DNA of 64,000 nucleotides, from the NCBI GenBank assembly GCA_963663865.1, contig OY760686.1, forward strand, positions 2,688,001-2,752,000. Reading direction: 5' to 3'. The stretch is from Spirochaetota bacterium (GTDB lineage Bacteria; Spirochaetota; UBA4802; UBA5550). The notes under the pieces are model-generated. The model had not been told where the DNA came from, made no database searches, and saw only the letters and a list, made by a program, of their open reading frames with translations. Made by a program: the position numbers and the translations under genes. Numbering within the stretch: the first letter of the stretch is position 1; every line of letters begins with the position of its first letter. This document shows positions 21,043 through 34,721 of this stretch, piece after piece.

Positions 21043-22113
21043 ATGCAAGATCAAAAGGGTTCCAGCCTTGACACTCAGTTCTTCCGTGACATCAACGCGG
21101 TATCGGTTGATGATGACGATTCGAACCTCATGCTGATTGAAGCAATGGCATCCGAGCTGGGCATAACTGTTCACTCCTTTACCGATCCGAGAGCGGCCCT
21201 CGCTTATATGCGCCAGAATCCCTTCGATCTTGTATTCGCGGACTATCAGATGCCCGGGATGAATGGAATCGAACTTATTAAATCAATCCGTCAGGAACAC
21301 AGGGACATACCAGTAATAATGATTACCGCGGTAAATTCTGACCACGCGCTGAAACTTGAAGCAATAGAGGCAGGGGCGACTGAATTTTTAAACAAGCCAA
21401 TTAACATGCCGGAATTCAGGGCAAGGATAATCAACCTCTCACATATTAGGATGATGAACCTGCTGTTAAAAGACCGTGCCCTCCTTCTCAAAAACGAAGT
21501 CGCGGCGGCAACCGAAAAGATCGTCAGCCGCGAGCACGAGACCATCCAGATACTCGGACGCGTCGCGGACTACAAAGACTTCGAAACAGGCATACACATC
21601 TCAAGAGTCGCCCGGTACGCACAGCTTCTCACATCGCTCCTCGGTGAAAGCACAGAGACACAGGAGCTTATGTTCACTTCAGTCCCCCTTCATGATATCG
21701 GCAAGGTCGGGATTCCCGACTCTATCATCCGCAAGAAAGGCAAGCTTACCTCCGATGAGTACAAAACAATGCAGACACATCCGGCAATAGGATACAACAT
21801 TCTCAAGGAGACTGAAAGCCCCTATCTCAAATTCGGAGCTATAATCTCGTTAAGCCATCACGAAAGATTCGACGGTACCGGTTACCCGAACAGCCTTGAA
21901 GGCGAAGAGATTCCCCTCGCCGGAAGGATAACAGCGGTATGCGATGTTTTCGATGCTCTTGTCTCGGAAAGGCCGTATAAGGAAGCATGGAGCTACGATA
22001 ATGTTGCAGCGTACTACGAGGAGAACAGGGGCCGGCACTTCGATCCCGTTCTCTGCGACCTCTTCCTGAAAAACTTCAGCTCGTTTATCGATATCCATAA
22101 AAAACACAGCTGA
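21043..22113 (+). CDS. Response regulator with HD-GYP c-di-GMP phosphodiesterase domain (RpfG-like)
   Basis: REC ADYQMPGMNG; HDIGK; HHERFDGTGYP; RPYK. Confidence 0.95.
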   Translation: MQDQKGSSLDTQFFRDINAVSVDDDDSNLMLIEAMASELGITVHSFTDPRAALAYMRQNPFDLVFADYQMPGMNGIELIKSIRQEHRDIPVIMITAVNSDHALKLEAIEAGATEFLNKPINMPEFRARIINLSHIRMMNLLLKDRALLLKNEVAAATEKIVSREHETIQILGRVADYKDFETGIHISRVARYAQLLTSLLGESTETQELMFTSVPLHDIGKVGIPDSIIRKKGKLTSDEYKTMQTHPAIGYNILKETESPYLKFGAIISLSHHERFDGTGYPNSLEGEEIPLAGRITAVCDVFDALVSERPYKEAWSYDNVAAYYEENRGRHFDPVLCDLFLKNFSSFIDIHKKHS

Positions 22114-22207
22114 ATCAAAAATATTTAGCTCTTATGTCGCCTGGGCCGGTCTTAAACAATGCCGCTTCCGATAATGATACCGGGGAAGCACCCGCCTACT
22201 CTTATGC

Positions 22208-22468
22208 TTGATAAGGGGCATTGCCGTGTGGAAGAAAATTTCTCTGCATCCGGAAACAGAAGCGCTGGTTAGATACAGGATATACAGCGATAAAAAAGAA
22301 GAGCTTGAAAGCTTTATTCGGAAGGAATTTGAGCTCTGGGGCAGCTATGAGAGCATGCCCGGTTATATAAAGAAGCTCATCGACTCAGAGCTTGTGGCAA
22401 TCGGGCGCTACGGCAAGCGTATTGACGCCTACACCATTGAACAGAGAATCGCTTCGGGAGAACTCTGA
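22208..22468 (+). CDS. Hypothetical protein
   Basis: 86-aa ORF filling the intergenic gap; true start may be the downstream GTG. Confidence 0.5.
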   Translation: MIRGIAVWKKISLHPETEALVRYRIYSDKKEELESFIRKEFELWGSYESMPGYIKKLIDSELVAIGRYGKRIDAYTIEQRIASGEL

Positions 22469-22479
22469 AGGTCAGTTTA

Positions 22480-23175
22480 TCAGAAGTCCGGGCCGTTTTT
22501 TTTTTGATGTATCACGCTGTAAAGCCGCTGCATTCTGGAATCAGTATCAGCAATAACATCCGCGCAGCTTTTAAGCTCTGCCTCAAGCTCAGGAATTTTT
22601 CCGTCTTTGAATTTATAGGCAAGCTCATGCTCAAGAGAGGCCCAGAAGTCCATGGCAATAGTGCGAATCTGAACCTCAACCTTTACATCGGCTGTGCCGT
22701 CAGAGAGGAACACCGGCACCTCGACTATCAGATGAAGGCTGCGGTATCCGTTAGGCTTAGGGTCCTTTATGTAATCCCTTGTTCTGACAAGGGTAACATC
22801 GCTCTGAGATGTAAGCATGGAAGCAATCATGTAAATATCGTCAATGTAAGGGCAAATAACCCTGACACCGGCGATATCGTTGAGATGCTTCTGCGCAGAC
22901 TCAACGGTCATCTCGCGGCCCATTCTCTTAAGCTTCTGCATTATGCTTGCAGGGGTTTTAACCCTGGTTTTGATCTGGTGAATGGGATTTCGGTCTTTAG
23001 TGTACTTGAACTCGTTGTTTAGATTCTCAAGCTTAGTTGATATCTCCCTGACAGCTGAGAGATAGAGATTTTCGGTCCTCAGAAAGGAGTTTATCGCGCT
23101 TACAAGCTCCTCCGGAATTGCCTGATCTCTGACTCCATCAAAAAAATACGAGGTCTTCGGCTGATCGATCTCCAT
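22480..23175 (-). CDS. Small alarmone (p)ppGpp synthetase, RelP/RelQ (YwaC/YjbM)-like
   Basis: RVKTPASI, DIAGVRVIC, KPNGYRSLHL, EVQIRTIAMDFWASLEH. Confidence 0.93.
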   Translation of the reverse strand: MEIDQPKTSYFFDGVRDQAIPEELVSAINSFLRTENLYLSAVREISTKLENLNNEFKYTKDRNPIHQIKTRVKTPASIMQKLKRMGREMTVESAQKHLNDIAGVRVICPYIDDIYMIASMLTSQSDVTLVRTRDYIKDPKPNGYRSLHLIVEVPVFLSDGTADVKVEVQIRTIAMDFWASLEHELAYKFKDGKIPELEAELKSCADVIADTDSRMQRLYSVIHQKKNGPDF

Positions 23176-23228
23176 GAGAACTCCTTAAACTGTTATATGC
23201 TTCAGTATATAGACCCGGTATCGCGTAA

Positions 23229-24191
23229 TTAGTTACATTTTGAAAGAATTTTTCCTTCCTTTACCGGCAGGATCAGGCTGAAAAGCGCCCCTCCAAGGGG
23301 AGAGCGGCCTATCTCAAGCCGCCCCCCGTGAAGCTCCGCACAGGTTTTCACGGTTGTAAGGCCAAGCCCGGTACCCTGTTCTTTGGTTGTGTAATAGGGC
23401 TGCAATATTTTTTTTATTTCATCTTCGCTGATGCCAGGGCCATTATCATGAACCTCAATAACAAGCTGGCCTGACCGGTCAACAATGTGCACCGCTATTT
23501 TGCCGTTAGATTCAACCGCTTCAGCTGCATTGAGAATTAGATTTATCACAGCGTGTTCCAAAAAAAATGGATTTATCATAAAGCTCAGAGGAGTCGATTC
23601 GATTATTCCGACTTCGCAGGACTTGACCTTTTCGTGCCGTCTGGCCAGCTCAACCGCCATGTTAATAAAGCTGTTGATATCCGTACAGCTCATCTCAACA
23701 TCATCTGAGCGGGCCTTCCCTACTCTCTGCATTCTTCCCGTCATCTCGCTTATCATCAAAAAGACCCTGTTCAGGCGATCAATACTAATCTTCTTGTTGT
23801 CGGGAACGGCAGCTGCAAGATCATCCATATCAAATTTTATTACACCGAGCAGATTGTTAATATCGTGCGCTATACCCCCCGCGATTACACCTGTCAGTGC
23901 CCTTGCCTGTGCTCCGGCAATGGCCTTCCTCTGAATATCAATTTCCCGGTTTTGCTGTTCAATCTTTGACAGAAGGCGGTAAAAAAACACGAAAATCATG
24001 ACCCCGGTTACGACGACAAAGGCTATGCCCTTGTAAAGCTCAATTATCTGCAGTGTTGAAAGCGACTTCGAGAACTGAGCGGCGATGCGGCCTGAAAGCC
24101 AGATATACCCCGCACAGAGTATTATGTACAGACCCGCCGCCTTTACTGAAACCCTGAAAGGACGAAATCCGTAAATCCTGTTTTTCTTCAT
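23229..24191 (-). CDS. Membrane-bound sensor histidine kinase
   Basis: Two N-terminal TM helices; IAHDINNLL, NLILNAAEA, DNGPG, GTGLGL. Confidence 0.92.
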   Translation of the reverse strand: MKKNRIYGFRPFRVSVKAAGLYIILCAGYIWLSGRIAAQFSKSLSTLQIIELYKGIAFVVVTGVMIFVFFYRLLSKIEQQNREIDIQRKAIAGAQARALTGVIAGGIAHDINNLLGVIKFDMDDLAAAVPDNKKISIDRLNRVFLMISEMTGRMQRVGKARSDDVEMSCTDINSFINMAVELARRHEKVKSCEVGIIESTPLSFMINPFFLEHAVINLILNAAEAVESNGKIAVHIVDRSGQLVIEVHDNGPGISEDEIKKILQPYYTTKEQGTGLGLTTVKTCAELHGGRLEIGRSPLGGALFSLILPVKEGKILSKCN

Positions 24192-24326
24192 AGCTGATGC
24201 TCTTAACCCTGTATTCCGAACGATACAGCTCTGCATCAATCCGGCAAATTACGTCGAGAAATTTCATAGTGCACATTTTTCTCATTATTGCAATATTTTT
24301 TAGGGCCGGTTGAGGCTAAATTTCAG
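23946..24326. repeat. Direct repeat A, copy 1 (5' part and upstream region of the kinase gene)
   Basis: Matches 26982-27362 (offset 3036) with about 3 substitutions by eye. Confidence 0.95.
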
Positions 24327-24350
24327 AATGTAAATTATTACAGGAAAGGC

Positions 24351-24379
24351 AGCCTCACTGTTTTTTGAACAGAGAGGCT
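24351..24379 (-). terminator. Hairpin terminator after cassette 1
   Basis: AGCCTCACTGTT...AACAGAGAGGCT imperfect inverted repeat just past the stop at 24386. Confidence 0.55.
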
Positions 24380-24385
24380 ATATTT

Positions 24386-24910
24386 CTATTTATTAGGGGT
24401 CACAGAGAAATTATAAAAACTAACATGCATACCTGAAGCATCTCCATTTTCATAAATCTTTGTTGTTGCAACATAGCTGGGATAATAATAACTATCATCA
24501 TACTTTACAGTTACTATTGATTGTATCCAGTCCGGATCTGCAGGCTTTTGCTGAAGACTACTGTATTCAGATTCAATATATTTGAAAATATCATCAATAG
24601 TTGTAATTTCACTTAAATCTGGAAGAACATTGCCGGTTGAAAAATCACTCTGAAAAAGACACTCTCCATTTTCTACAAATGATTCTCTAACATAATCGCC
24701 TGAAGCTGCGGTGTTACAATCCTGTACAAAGCTATAATCAAGGATTGCAAGACTTCGCCATATAGCTTTTGCCTGATTGAAAGATTCTGCGTCAAACTCA
24801 ACTGTATACTTAGTCACTGAAGAATCGTCACAAGCTAAGTCTGGTAATGACATTATTATAAGTGTTATAATGAATAATACTTTTGATTTTAATACTTTTA
24901 TAGTTTCCAT
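24386..24910 (-). CDS. DUF6174-like lipoprotein (partner of the C10 peptidase)
   Basis: Lipobox-like LAC; W...ILDYSF, TIDDIF, VKYDDSYYYPS pattern; starts 8 nt after the C10 stop. Confidence 0.7.
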   Translation of the reverse strand: METIKVLKSKVLFIITLIIMSLPDLACDDSSVTKYTVEFDAESFNQAKAIWRSLAILDYSFVQDCNTAASGDYVRESFVENGECLFQSDFSTGNVLPDLSEITTIDDIFKYIESEYSSLQQKPADPDWIQSIVTVKYDDSYYYPSYVATTKIYENGDASGMHVSFYNFSVTPNK

Positions 24911-24918
24911 TTTACACC

Positions 24919-26432
<1,514 letters not shown>

Positions 26433-26704
26433 ATTGTACCTCCTGTATTGTATTAATTCTTTTCATGAATTCTATATAGTATTATACATAACAATGTCAA
26501 TAAATAAATTTATATAAACCTAACCACTATTGCCTGAATGTTTACTTATAAATCGAATCTATAAAATTTTATGTTATATTTCATTCAGCTGAAACGAATC
26601 TTCACTTATGTAAGATAATTGATAATGAATTCTTATTTGTGTCCTTGCTGACGATCAAAACCTTCAGTCCCTTCCCTGAGGCCGAGAAAGCCCCGAAGCA
26701 CACT

Positions 26705-26981
26705 GCCGCCAATGAAAGTCAGAGCAGGCAGGATTGCCGGGCTAAAATACTTCTTGACCGTACATTTTTACGCATTTACTGAAAAGCATGCTTAGAATAC
26801 TGACTATAGCGCTCACCGTCATCTTTTTCGTTCCGGCCTCCGGAGAAGAGCCTCCCGCATACCGCTGGTCGCCTCTTGACGCCTACAGCCACGAAGCCGC
26901 GCTTGAAACCGCAGCTGAGTTTCTTGAAACGTTCAACACCAGACGCTATGATCGGACCCTCGCTCTCATGCACCCCGCTGA
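26705..26981 (+). pseudogene. Truncated 5' copy (with upstream region) of the 30804-31775 gene; repeat B copy 1
   Basis: Homologous to 30721-30997 (offset 4016); about 18 differences in the 194 coding bp, mostly synonymous; breaks off at ..CACCCCGCTGA. Confidence 0.92.
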
Positions 26982-27362
26982 CCGGTTTTGCTGTTCAATC
27001 TTTGACAGAAGGCGGTAAAAAAACACGAAAATCATGACCCCGGTTACGACGACAAATGTTATGCCCTTGTAAAGCTCAATTATCTGCAGTGTTGAAAGCG
27101 ACTTCGAGAACTGAGCGGCGATGCGGCCTGAAAGCCAGATATACCCCGCACAGAGTATTATGTACAGACCCGCCGCCTTTACTGAAACCCTGAAAGGACG
27201 AAATCCGTAAATCCTGTTTTTCTTCATAGCTGATGCTCTTAACCCTGTATTCCGAACGATACAGCTCTGCATCAATCCGGCAAATTACGTCGAGAAATTT
27301 CATAGTGCACATTTTTCTCATTATTGCAAGATTTTTTAGGGCCGGTTGAGGCTAAATTTCAG
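26982..27362 (-). pseudogene. Truncated 5' copy of the histidine kinase gene; repeat A copy 2
   Basis: Near-identical to 23946-24326; kinase frame cut after ..KIEQQNR. Confidence 0.93.
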
Positions 27363-27387
27363 GAGGGTTAACTATTAAAGGAGGTAC

Positions 27388-27414
27388 GCCTCTCGGCAGT
27401 TTACGCCGGGAGGC
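27388..27414 (-). terminator. Hairpin downstream of cassette 2
   Basis: GCCTCTCGGC...GCCGGGAGGC inverted repeat. Confidence 0.45.
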
Positions 27415-27506
27415 CTCGCTGATTACTGTTCCCTGAAAGGAACAAAACCGTCAACTCACAAACGGTTATTGCCGCTTGGCGTTTAGAGAAATGTGACTGT
27501 TTACTG

Positions 27507-28493
27507 TCAGTATATAAACATACTCGTGACCCTGTAATCAACATTTTGCCATTCAGTATTAATCCAATAGCCAGTCAAAGAGTCAGATGTCATGTCTTCT
27601 ATATGTGTTTTTTCTCCTGTGAAATAGATGCTATTGTCATAGAACAGCATTGTCTTAATTCTCAAATCAAGATTTACAGTTCCGTTTGGTTCGCTCAATT
27701 CATTCCATACTCCATCGGCATAATAACATCCTATTAAAACAATACTTTCATCACTCTCTTTGTAAGAGGCGCCCAGATAAACACTTTTTGAATGCACTTC
27801 AATTTGAGTAATGTAAAGCTGTCTGTCTTGTTTCGGTGCCTCTACTTCTACAAAAACATCATCTTCCCAATATCCATCATGGCCCTGGCAAATAACGTAT
27901 AATTTATTATCTGAGACCTCAAAATCCAGGATTTCACCGCTTTTAATAATTTCACCGTTTTTACTGAAATTTCGCGAACTGCCATTTATCCATAATGTCG
28001 GGATACCATTTAAGGTTCCGGAAGCATATACGACATTTTCAATAATCTTAATATTAAAAAGATAACCAGTGCCGGTTTCAGTGATATATTTAATACTTCC
28101 ATCCTGCCAATAATTCGGCCTCGAATCTGGCCTGATCCCTGCTGCGTAGACTTTTCCATCAGACACGTAAATATTATGAATAATTGTTCCTTCAGATTGT
28201 TCACATTCAACCCATTTTCCGTTTCGCCAGTAGCCTGCAATGAGAGTGTAATTTCTTTGAATACCACCGCCTACATAAACGTCATCACCCTCTACAAAAA
28301 TACTTTTTGTGTACACATCATCTGCTCCTGCGGGAATATCACATTCAATCCACTCGCCATCTTTCATGTAACGGGCCGGATCGGCACTTAAAACAATTCC
28401 ATTATTGCTGTTATTGTTATCTTTTTCTGAATCTGAAGACAAATCGCATCCGAATGTGAACAATGTTATTATTAGCATAAATATCTTTATCAT
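27507..28493 (-). CDS. Lipoprotein with YW(x)NG repeats, probably beta-propeller (partner of the M4 peptidase)
   Basis: AAGGAG RBS; MIKIFMLIITLFTFGC lipobox; repeated VYxxG...YWxxG units. Confidence 0.8.
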   Translation of the reverse strand: MIKIFMLIITLFTFGCDLSSDSEKDNNNSNNGIVLSADPARYMKDGEWIECDIPAGADDVYTKSIFVEGDDVYVGGGIQRNYTLIAGYWRNGKWVECEQSEGTIIHNIYVSDGKVYAAGIRPDSRPNYWQDGSIKYITETGTGYLFNIKIIENVVYASGTLNGIPTLWINGSSRNFSKNGEIIKSGEILDFEVSDNKLYVICQGHDGYWEDDVFVEVEAPKQDRQLYITQIEVHSKSVYLGASYKESDESIVLIGCYYADGVWNELSEPNGTVNLDLRIKTMLFYDNSIYFTGEKTHIEDMTSDSLTGYWINTEWQNVDYRVTSMFIY

Positions 28494-28519
28494 ATCGAAA
28501 CTCCTTATTTTGAATAATA

Positions 28520-30483
<1,964 letters not shown>

Positions 30484-30803
30484 ATTGCTCCTCCTGTATT
30501 GTATTAATTCTTTTGATGAATTTTATATAGTATAAAAATAATAATGTCAATAAAATAATTTTATTAAACTCAAACACAATTGTCTGATTATATCTCATTC
30601 AGCTTGCACTAACCTCCGGTTTTGTATAATATTTTATAATCTATTCTTATTCACGGTTCATGCTGACGATTAGAATCCTCTGCTACTTTCTTGAGGCAGA
30701 GCACACCCCTGACGCTAATTGCCGCCAATGCGAGACCGAACAGACATGATTACCCGGCTAAAATACTTCTTGACCGTACATTTTTGCACATTTACTAAAA
30801 AGC

Positions 30804-31775
30804 ATGCTTAGAATTCTGACAATTGCGCTCACAGTCATCATCTTCGTGCCGGCCTCCGGTGAAGAGCCTCCTGAATACCGCTGGTCGCCCCTTGACGCCT
30901 ACAGCCATGAAGCCGCGCTTGAAACAGCCGCAGAGTTTCTTGAAACGTTCAACACCAAACGCTATGACCGGACCCGCGCTCTCATGCACCCCGCTGAGAT
31001 GACGACCGATGGAAGCCTGTGGACTGGCACGGAACGCTTTCTTTACGACATGTTGAAATACCTTAAGGGCGGCCGCGTAGGCTGGAAAAACCTGCGGGCC
31101 TATACCTTCGATGAATGTGAAGCCGACACTGAAGGTAAGTCTGCCGCCATGACGGTCTACCGCGCGTACGACAGCCTATCTCTGGTGGCCGTCGCGGAGA
31201 TTCTTCCTGAGGCACTGGGTCCCTCCGGCGCTTCACAATGCGTTATGGTTTTGAGGCGCAGCAATAAAGGGGGGGGATGGTACATCAGTGCAGTCAATGG
31301 GCTTTCCGCCACCAAACCGGAGCTAAAGCCTGAACCACCGGGGGGCGACATCCTCTGGAAAAAAGAGGACTTTAGACAGTTCGGTTTCAGAATAATGATT
31401 CCCCGTCAGTTTTCAGAAACCGTCGTGGAACGGCTTTCGGTCAACTACTTCCTTCCCGGAAGAACGCGGAACGACGCGGCTTTTCAGATTGTCGCGACTG
31501 ACGGCGTCAGGCCGCTTGCCGTCGAGGCCAGAGCGTTCATCAGAAGAATCGTCAGACACGGGGAGTTCAGCAATTTAAAGGCTGGCTATCTACCGAACGG
31601 ATACCGGTTCTCATTTGACTTCACCGGTTCTGACGGCAGAAGAAACCGTATCATGATCGCGGCGCTGCGAAACAACGGATATTCTATTTTTGCGAGCTTT
31701 ATGGGCTTCACCGACGTCTTTGACAGGTGGTGGAAGGAAGCTGAGTATTCCCTTCATAACATCGTGTTATGGTAA
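30804..31775 (+). CDS. Hypothetical secreted protein
   Basis: 323 aa; signal peptide MLRILTIALTVIIFVPASG; its divergent 5' copy shows mainly synonymous changes, supporting coding status. Confidence 0.8.
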   Translation: MLRILTIALTVIIFVPASGEEPPEYRWSPLDAYSHEAALETAAEFLETFNTKRYDRTRALMHPAEMTTDGSLWTGTERFLYDMLKYLKGGRVGWKNLRAYTFDECEADTEGKSAAMTVYRAYDSLSLVAVAEILPEALGPSGASQCVMVLRRSNKGGGWYISAVNGLSATKPELKPEPPGGDILWKKEDFRQFGFRIMIPRQFSETVVERLSVNYFLPGRTRNDAAFQIVATDGVRPLAVEARAFIRRIVRHGEFSNLKAGYLPNGYRFSFDFTGSDGRRNRIMIAALRNNGYSIFASFMGFTDVFDRWWKEAEYSLHNIVLW

Positions 31776-32859
31776 GTCCAGGGGGGCTGCCGAAATCGAA
31801 GGTGAGCTGTCTGTCGAAATCAGCGCCGTCATCCTCTCCGCATATATTTGAAACTGAGGCGCCCACAAGCCTCACTTTTCTGGACCCGGCATCGGTTTTT
31901 TCGACAAGCTCACAACAAACACTGTATATCACATCTTCCGAATCAACATACAACGGCAATGTTCTGCTTCTCGTCACCGACGTAAAGTCATCGTACTTCA
32001 GCTTCAATGTAACTGTCTTGCCTGAAGCCCCTGCGCCCTTAAGCCTCCTGGAAACAGAACCCGCAAGCCCGCGCAGCACCTCGTGTATTACCCTTACATC
32101 TAAAATGTCCTCGCCGAATGTGCGTTCACGTCCGAATGACTTTCGCTCATGGGAGGGTTCAACCTCTCTGGGGTCGTTTCCGCAGGCAAGGCTGTAGTAA
32201 AAGGCGCCGCTCTTTCCGAAGCTGCTGACAAGCGCGTCAAGCCCGGCGCGCTTCAGGTCGGCACCGGTCATAAGCCCCATCTCCTTCATGCGCGCCTCGG
32301 TGACCTTCCCTACCCCGTAAAACCTTCCAACCGGCAATGCCTCAATAAAGCCCTGCGCGCGCTTCGGCGTAACCACGGTGAGTCCGTCAGGCTTCCTGAA
32401 ATCGGAAGCAACCTTTGCGAGGAACATGTTGTAGGAGACACCGGCTGACGCGGTAAGCCTGATCTCGTCTTTGATTCTGCGCCTTATCTCTTCAGCAACC
32501 TCTGTTGCTGGGCGGCCGCCAAGGTAGTCTGTCACATCAAGATATGCCTCGTCGAGCGAGAGAGGCTCAATCAGGTCAGTATAGTCTCCCATAATAGACC
32601 TTACACGCTGTGAGATATCTATGTAACGGTCAAAGCGGCCCGGCAAAAAGACCGCGTGAGGACATAGCCTGTAAGCTCTTGACGAGGGCATTGCCGAGCG
32701 CACACCGAACCTTCTCGCCTCGTACGAACATGTGGACACTACTCCCCTGCTGTCAGGAGGCCCTCCCACTATAACGGGCCTGCCCCGCAGAGACGGGTTG
32801 TCGAGCTGCTCAACCGCCGCGAAAAAGGCGTCCATGTCTATGTGAATAATCTTGCGCAT
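31708..32859 (-). CDS. dinB: DNA polymerase IV
   Basis: IIHIDMDAFFAAVE, CSYEARRFGVRSAM, SLDEAYLDV, AKVASDFRKPDG. Confidence 0.97.
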   Translation of the reverse strand: MRKIIHIDMDAFFAAVEQLDNPSLRGRPVIVGGPPDSRGVVSTCSYEARRFGVRSAMPSSRAYRLCPHAVFLPGRFDRYIDISQRVRSIMGDYTDLIEPLSLDEAYLDVTDYLGGRPATEVAEEIRRRIKDEIRLTASAGVSYNMFLAKVASDFRKPDGLTVVTPKRAQGFIEALPVGRFYGVGKVTEARMKEMGLMTGADLKRAGLDALVSSFGKSGAFYYSLACGNDPREVEPSHERKSFGRERTFGEDILDVRVIHEVLRGLAGSVSRRLKGAGASGKTVTLKLKYDDFTSVTRSRTLPLYVDSEDVIYSVCCELVEKTDAGSRKVRLVGASVSNICGEDDGADFDRQLTFDFGSPPGLTITRCYEGNTQLPSTTCQRRR

Positions 32860-32881
32860 ATAATGTCCGTTAATTGGACAA

Positions 32882-32931
32882 AGCATATCAGGGGCATGGT
32901 TTTATGTCAACATTTGTTTAGCTTCTAAACA
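32882..32931 (-). promoter_or_regulatory. dinB promoter with adjacent palindromic operator candidate
   Basis: TTGACA-N17-TATGCT on minus strand; TGTTTAG-N3-CTAAACA at 32915-32931. Confidence 0.55.
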
Positions 32932-32979
32932 CTAAAGCAATATTACAAGAACAAGTTGCTCTTTTGTTGCGTTTTTATC

Positions 32980-33007
32980 TTGACACAATCGTTATTGTTG
33001 TTATACT
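32980..33007 (+). promoter_or_regulatory. Putative sigma70 promoter of cassette 3
   Basis: TTGACA-N16-TATACT with upstream TG. Confidence 0.55.
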
Positions 33008-33176
33008 GTACAGTTCGCTTTCAATTTTCACAAAATTAGTAATTATTTCTCAGCCGTGGTACTCTTTGGAACAGTATCAAAACTGTTGATGGGCATATTG
33101 ACACCATGCACCAATCATATGCTGGTTCTGTTGGAATAATTACTGAAATAAATACAATTATTTGCGGAGGTTTCCC

Positions 33177-34662
33177 ATGTTCACTAAAAACATCAAGGGA
33201 AGGAAGGAAGGAAGGAAGGAAGGAAGGAAAATTTATAACCTGCTCGTGTAACCCACAACTTGTTTTTATGCTTTTCATTATTCTTCTCACATCGTGCTGG
33301 GACTCAGCAATCAGTTCAAAATCTTCAAGCGGTGCCGTAATCAGCGGCAATCTTGTTATTGGCCACAATCAGAAAGTAACGTTTAATGTGAAAGAGATGG
33401 ACACTAACCGCAGAGCAGCACTATCCCGATGCCGTGCCGCCGGTGATGAAGACCAGCTGACCTTCGAAGAAGCCCTATCCGAGGCTTATGATGAAGCAAT
33501 TACTGAAATTTTATCAAAAATCACAGATGAAAAAGAAAGGGCTGAATTCCTTGAAAATGGGACACTTGAAGCTGATGTTTCTGTGGGGATGGAGTTAACT
33601 GAAGAAGAAATGAAATCCGTTACGAGATCAGCTGATGGAACTGAAACAATTGACAACAACTTCTACAAAAGCTATCAAATTCACGGCAAAATGACCGATT
33701 ACCTCGGAGAGGTTTTTGGAGACACTTCGCTGGAAAAAACACAAATGAGCGAACTTGTCACGGAAGAATTCTACAACAACATTGATGAAACGGTAAAGGC
33801 CTCTGAACTCGCAAATTTTTACATTGCCTCAATGGATTATGACAGGGTACTGAATCTCGCTTCTTTCTGCGGCCTGACAATAGACGAAAAATACTTCAGC
33901 GAATTATGCGGAGAGATACAGGCGCTTTCAGAGACAGCGGACGAAGCGGAAGAAGCCTCCGATACAGCAGAAGCAAGGGGAGCAGCCCGCAGCGGTGAAG
34001 GAGGCGGTTCATGCCCGTCATGGTTTATACCTTCGAGCAGGGGCGGCAAGATCAAGGATGGAACGGTGCTGCTTGAGCGCGGCGGGAATAAATTTCTACA
34101 GTGGACTGGTACCTACACTCACGCCGGGATGTTTTCGCAGGCTGAATTTGAAGAATCCTGGGATGGACAACCATATCAAAAAAGCTATCAATCAGCAAAA
34201 TGCATTCAGACAGCAACTGAACCGAGAGCATGCCTGCAGGCGCTCAACAAGTTCGGAGGTGCAAGTAAATACGCAGGGCTTCTTCCCAAAAAGTGGTCAA
34301 ACTCCAAAGCTATTGCGGCCGGTCAATACAATGAGACTACATTCAACTGTTCTCAAAGAAACGGGAAAGGTGCAGACTACTGCTGCCCGTGGTGGGAGTC
34401 TTTCATGTTCTGGAAGGACACAAGCCACAACCTCAAGTCTTCAAACGCGTACTGTTCAAAAGTCGCGTACACAGGCTGGAAGAAGCAGGGAATCAACGTT
34501 GACGGCAATACAAGACTCGGGAACCTGATTCATCCTTACGAGATAATGGCCAGCTCAAAAGACCGTTACATCAGGATCGCTACAATAAAATGGTTTTTCG
34601 GAAAGATAACTATCAGGAAAAAAACATACAGTGCTAAAACAAATGTAATATTCGAAGAATAA
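33177..34662 (+). CDS. Permuted papain-like NlpC/P60 (YiiX/YycO, C92-like) lipoprotein, frameshifted at an SSR (phase OFF)
   Basis: GGAGG + ATG 33177 (MFTKNIKGRKE..ENL-stop); main frame has LFIILLTSC lipobox; IKDGTVLL..YTHAGM (His first) ... AYCSKVAYTGW..G..LIHPYEI (Cys last). Confidence 0.75.
33198..33229. repeat. SSR (GGAA)8
   Basis: Counted directly. Confidence 0.97.
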
Positions 34663-34670
34663 ACCTTTAT

Positions 34671-34703
34671 TGGTTTCCGGCCCCTGATGGGGCCCGGAAA
34701 CCA
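34671..34703 (+). terminator. Strong hairpin between the NlpC/P60-like gene and the first partner lipoprotein
   Basis: TGGTTTCCGG...CCGGAAACCA. Confidence 0.55.
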
Positions 34704-34721
34704 TTTAACATGGAGAAAATA

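Noticed and set aside
22208-23175. Toxic small alarmone synthetase with antitoxin
   Set aside because: The small ORF is convergent rather than co-transcribed, and the synthetase looks like an ordinary RelP/RelQ type.
26788-27275. Overlapping ORFs 26788-27018 (+) and 26946-27275 (-) as new genes
   Set aside because: Chimeric read-throughs across the duplication junction of two truncated gene copies.
33106-33176. ORF-track start at 33106 making the NlpC/P60-like gene look intact
   Set aside because: No RBS, and it buries the lipobox about 64 residues in; the GGAGG-linked ATG at 33177 is the credible start.
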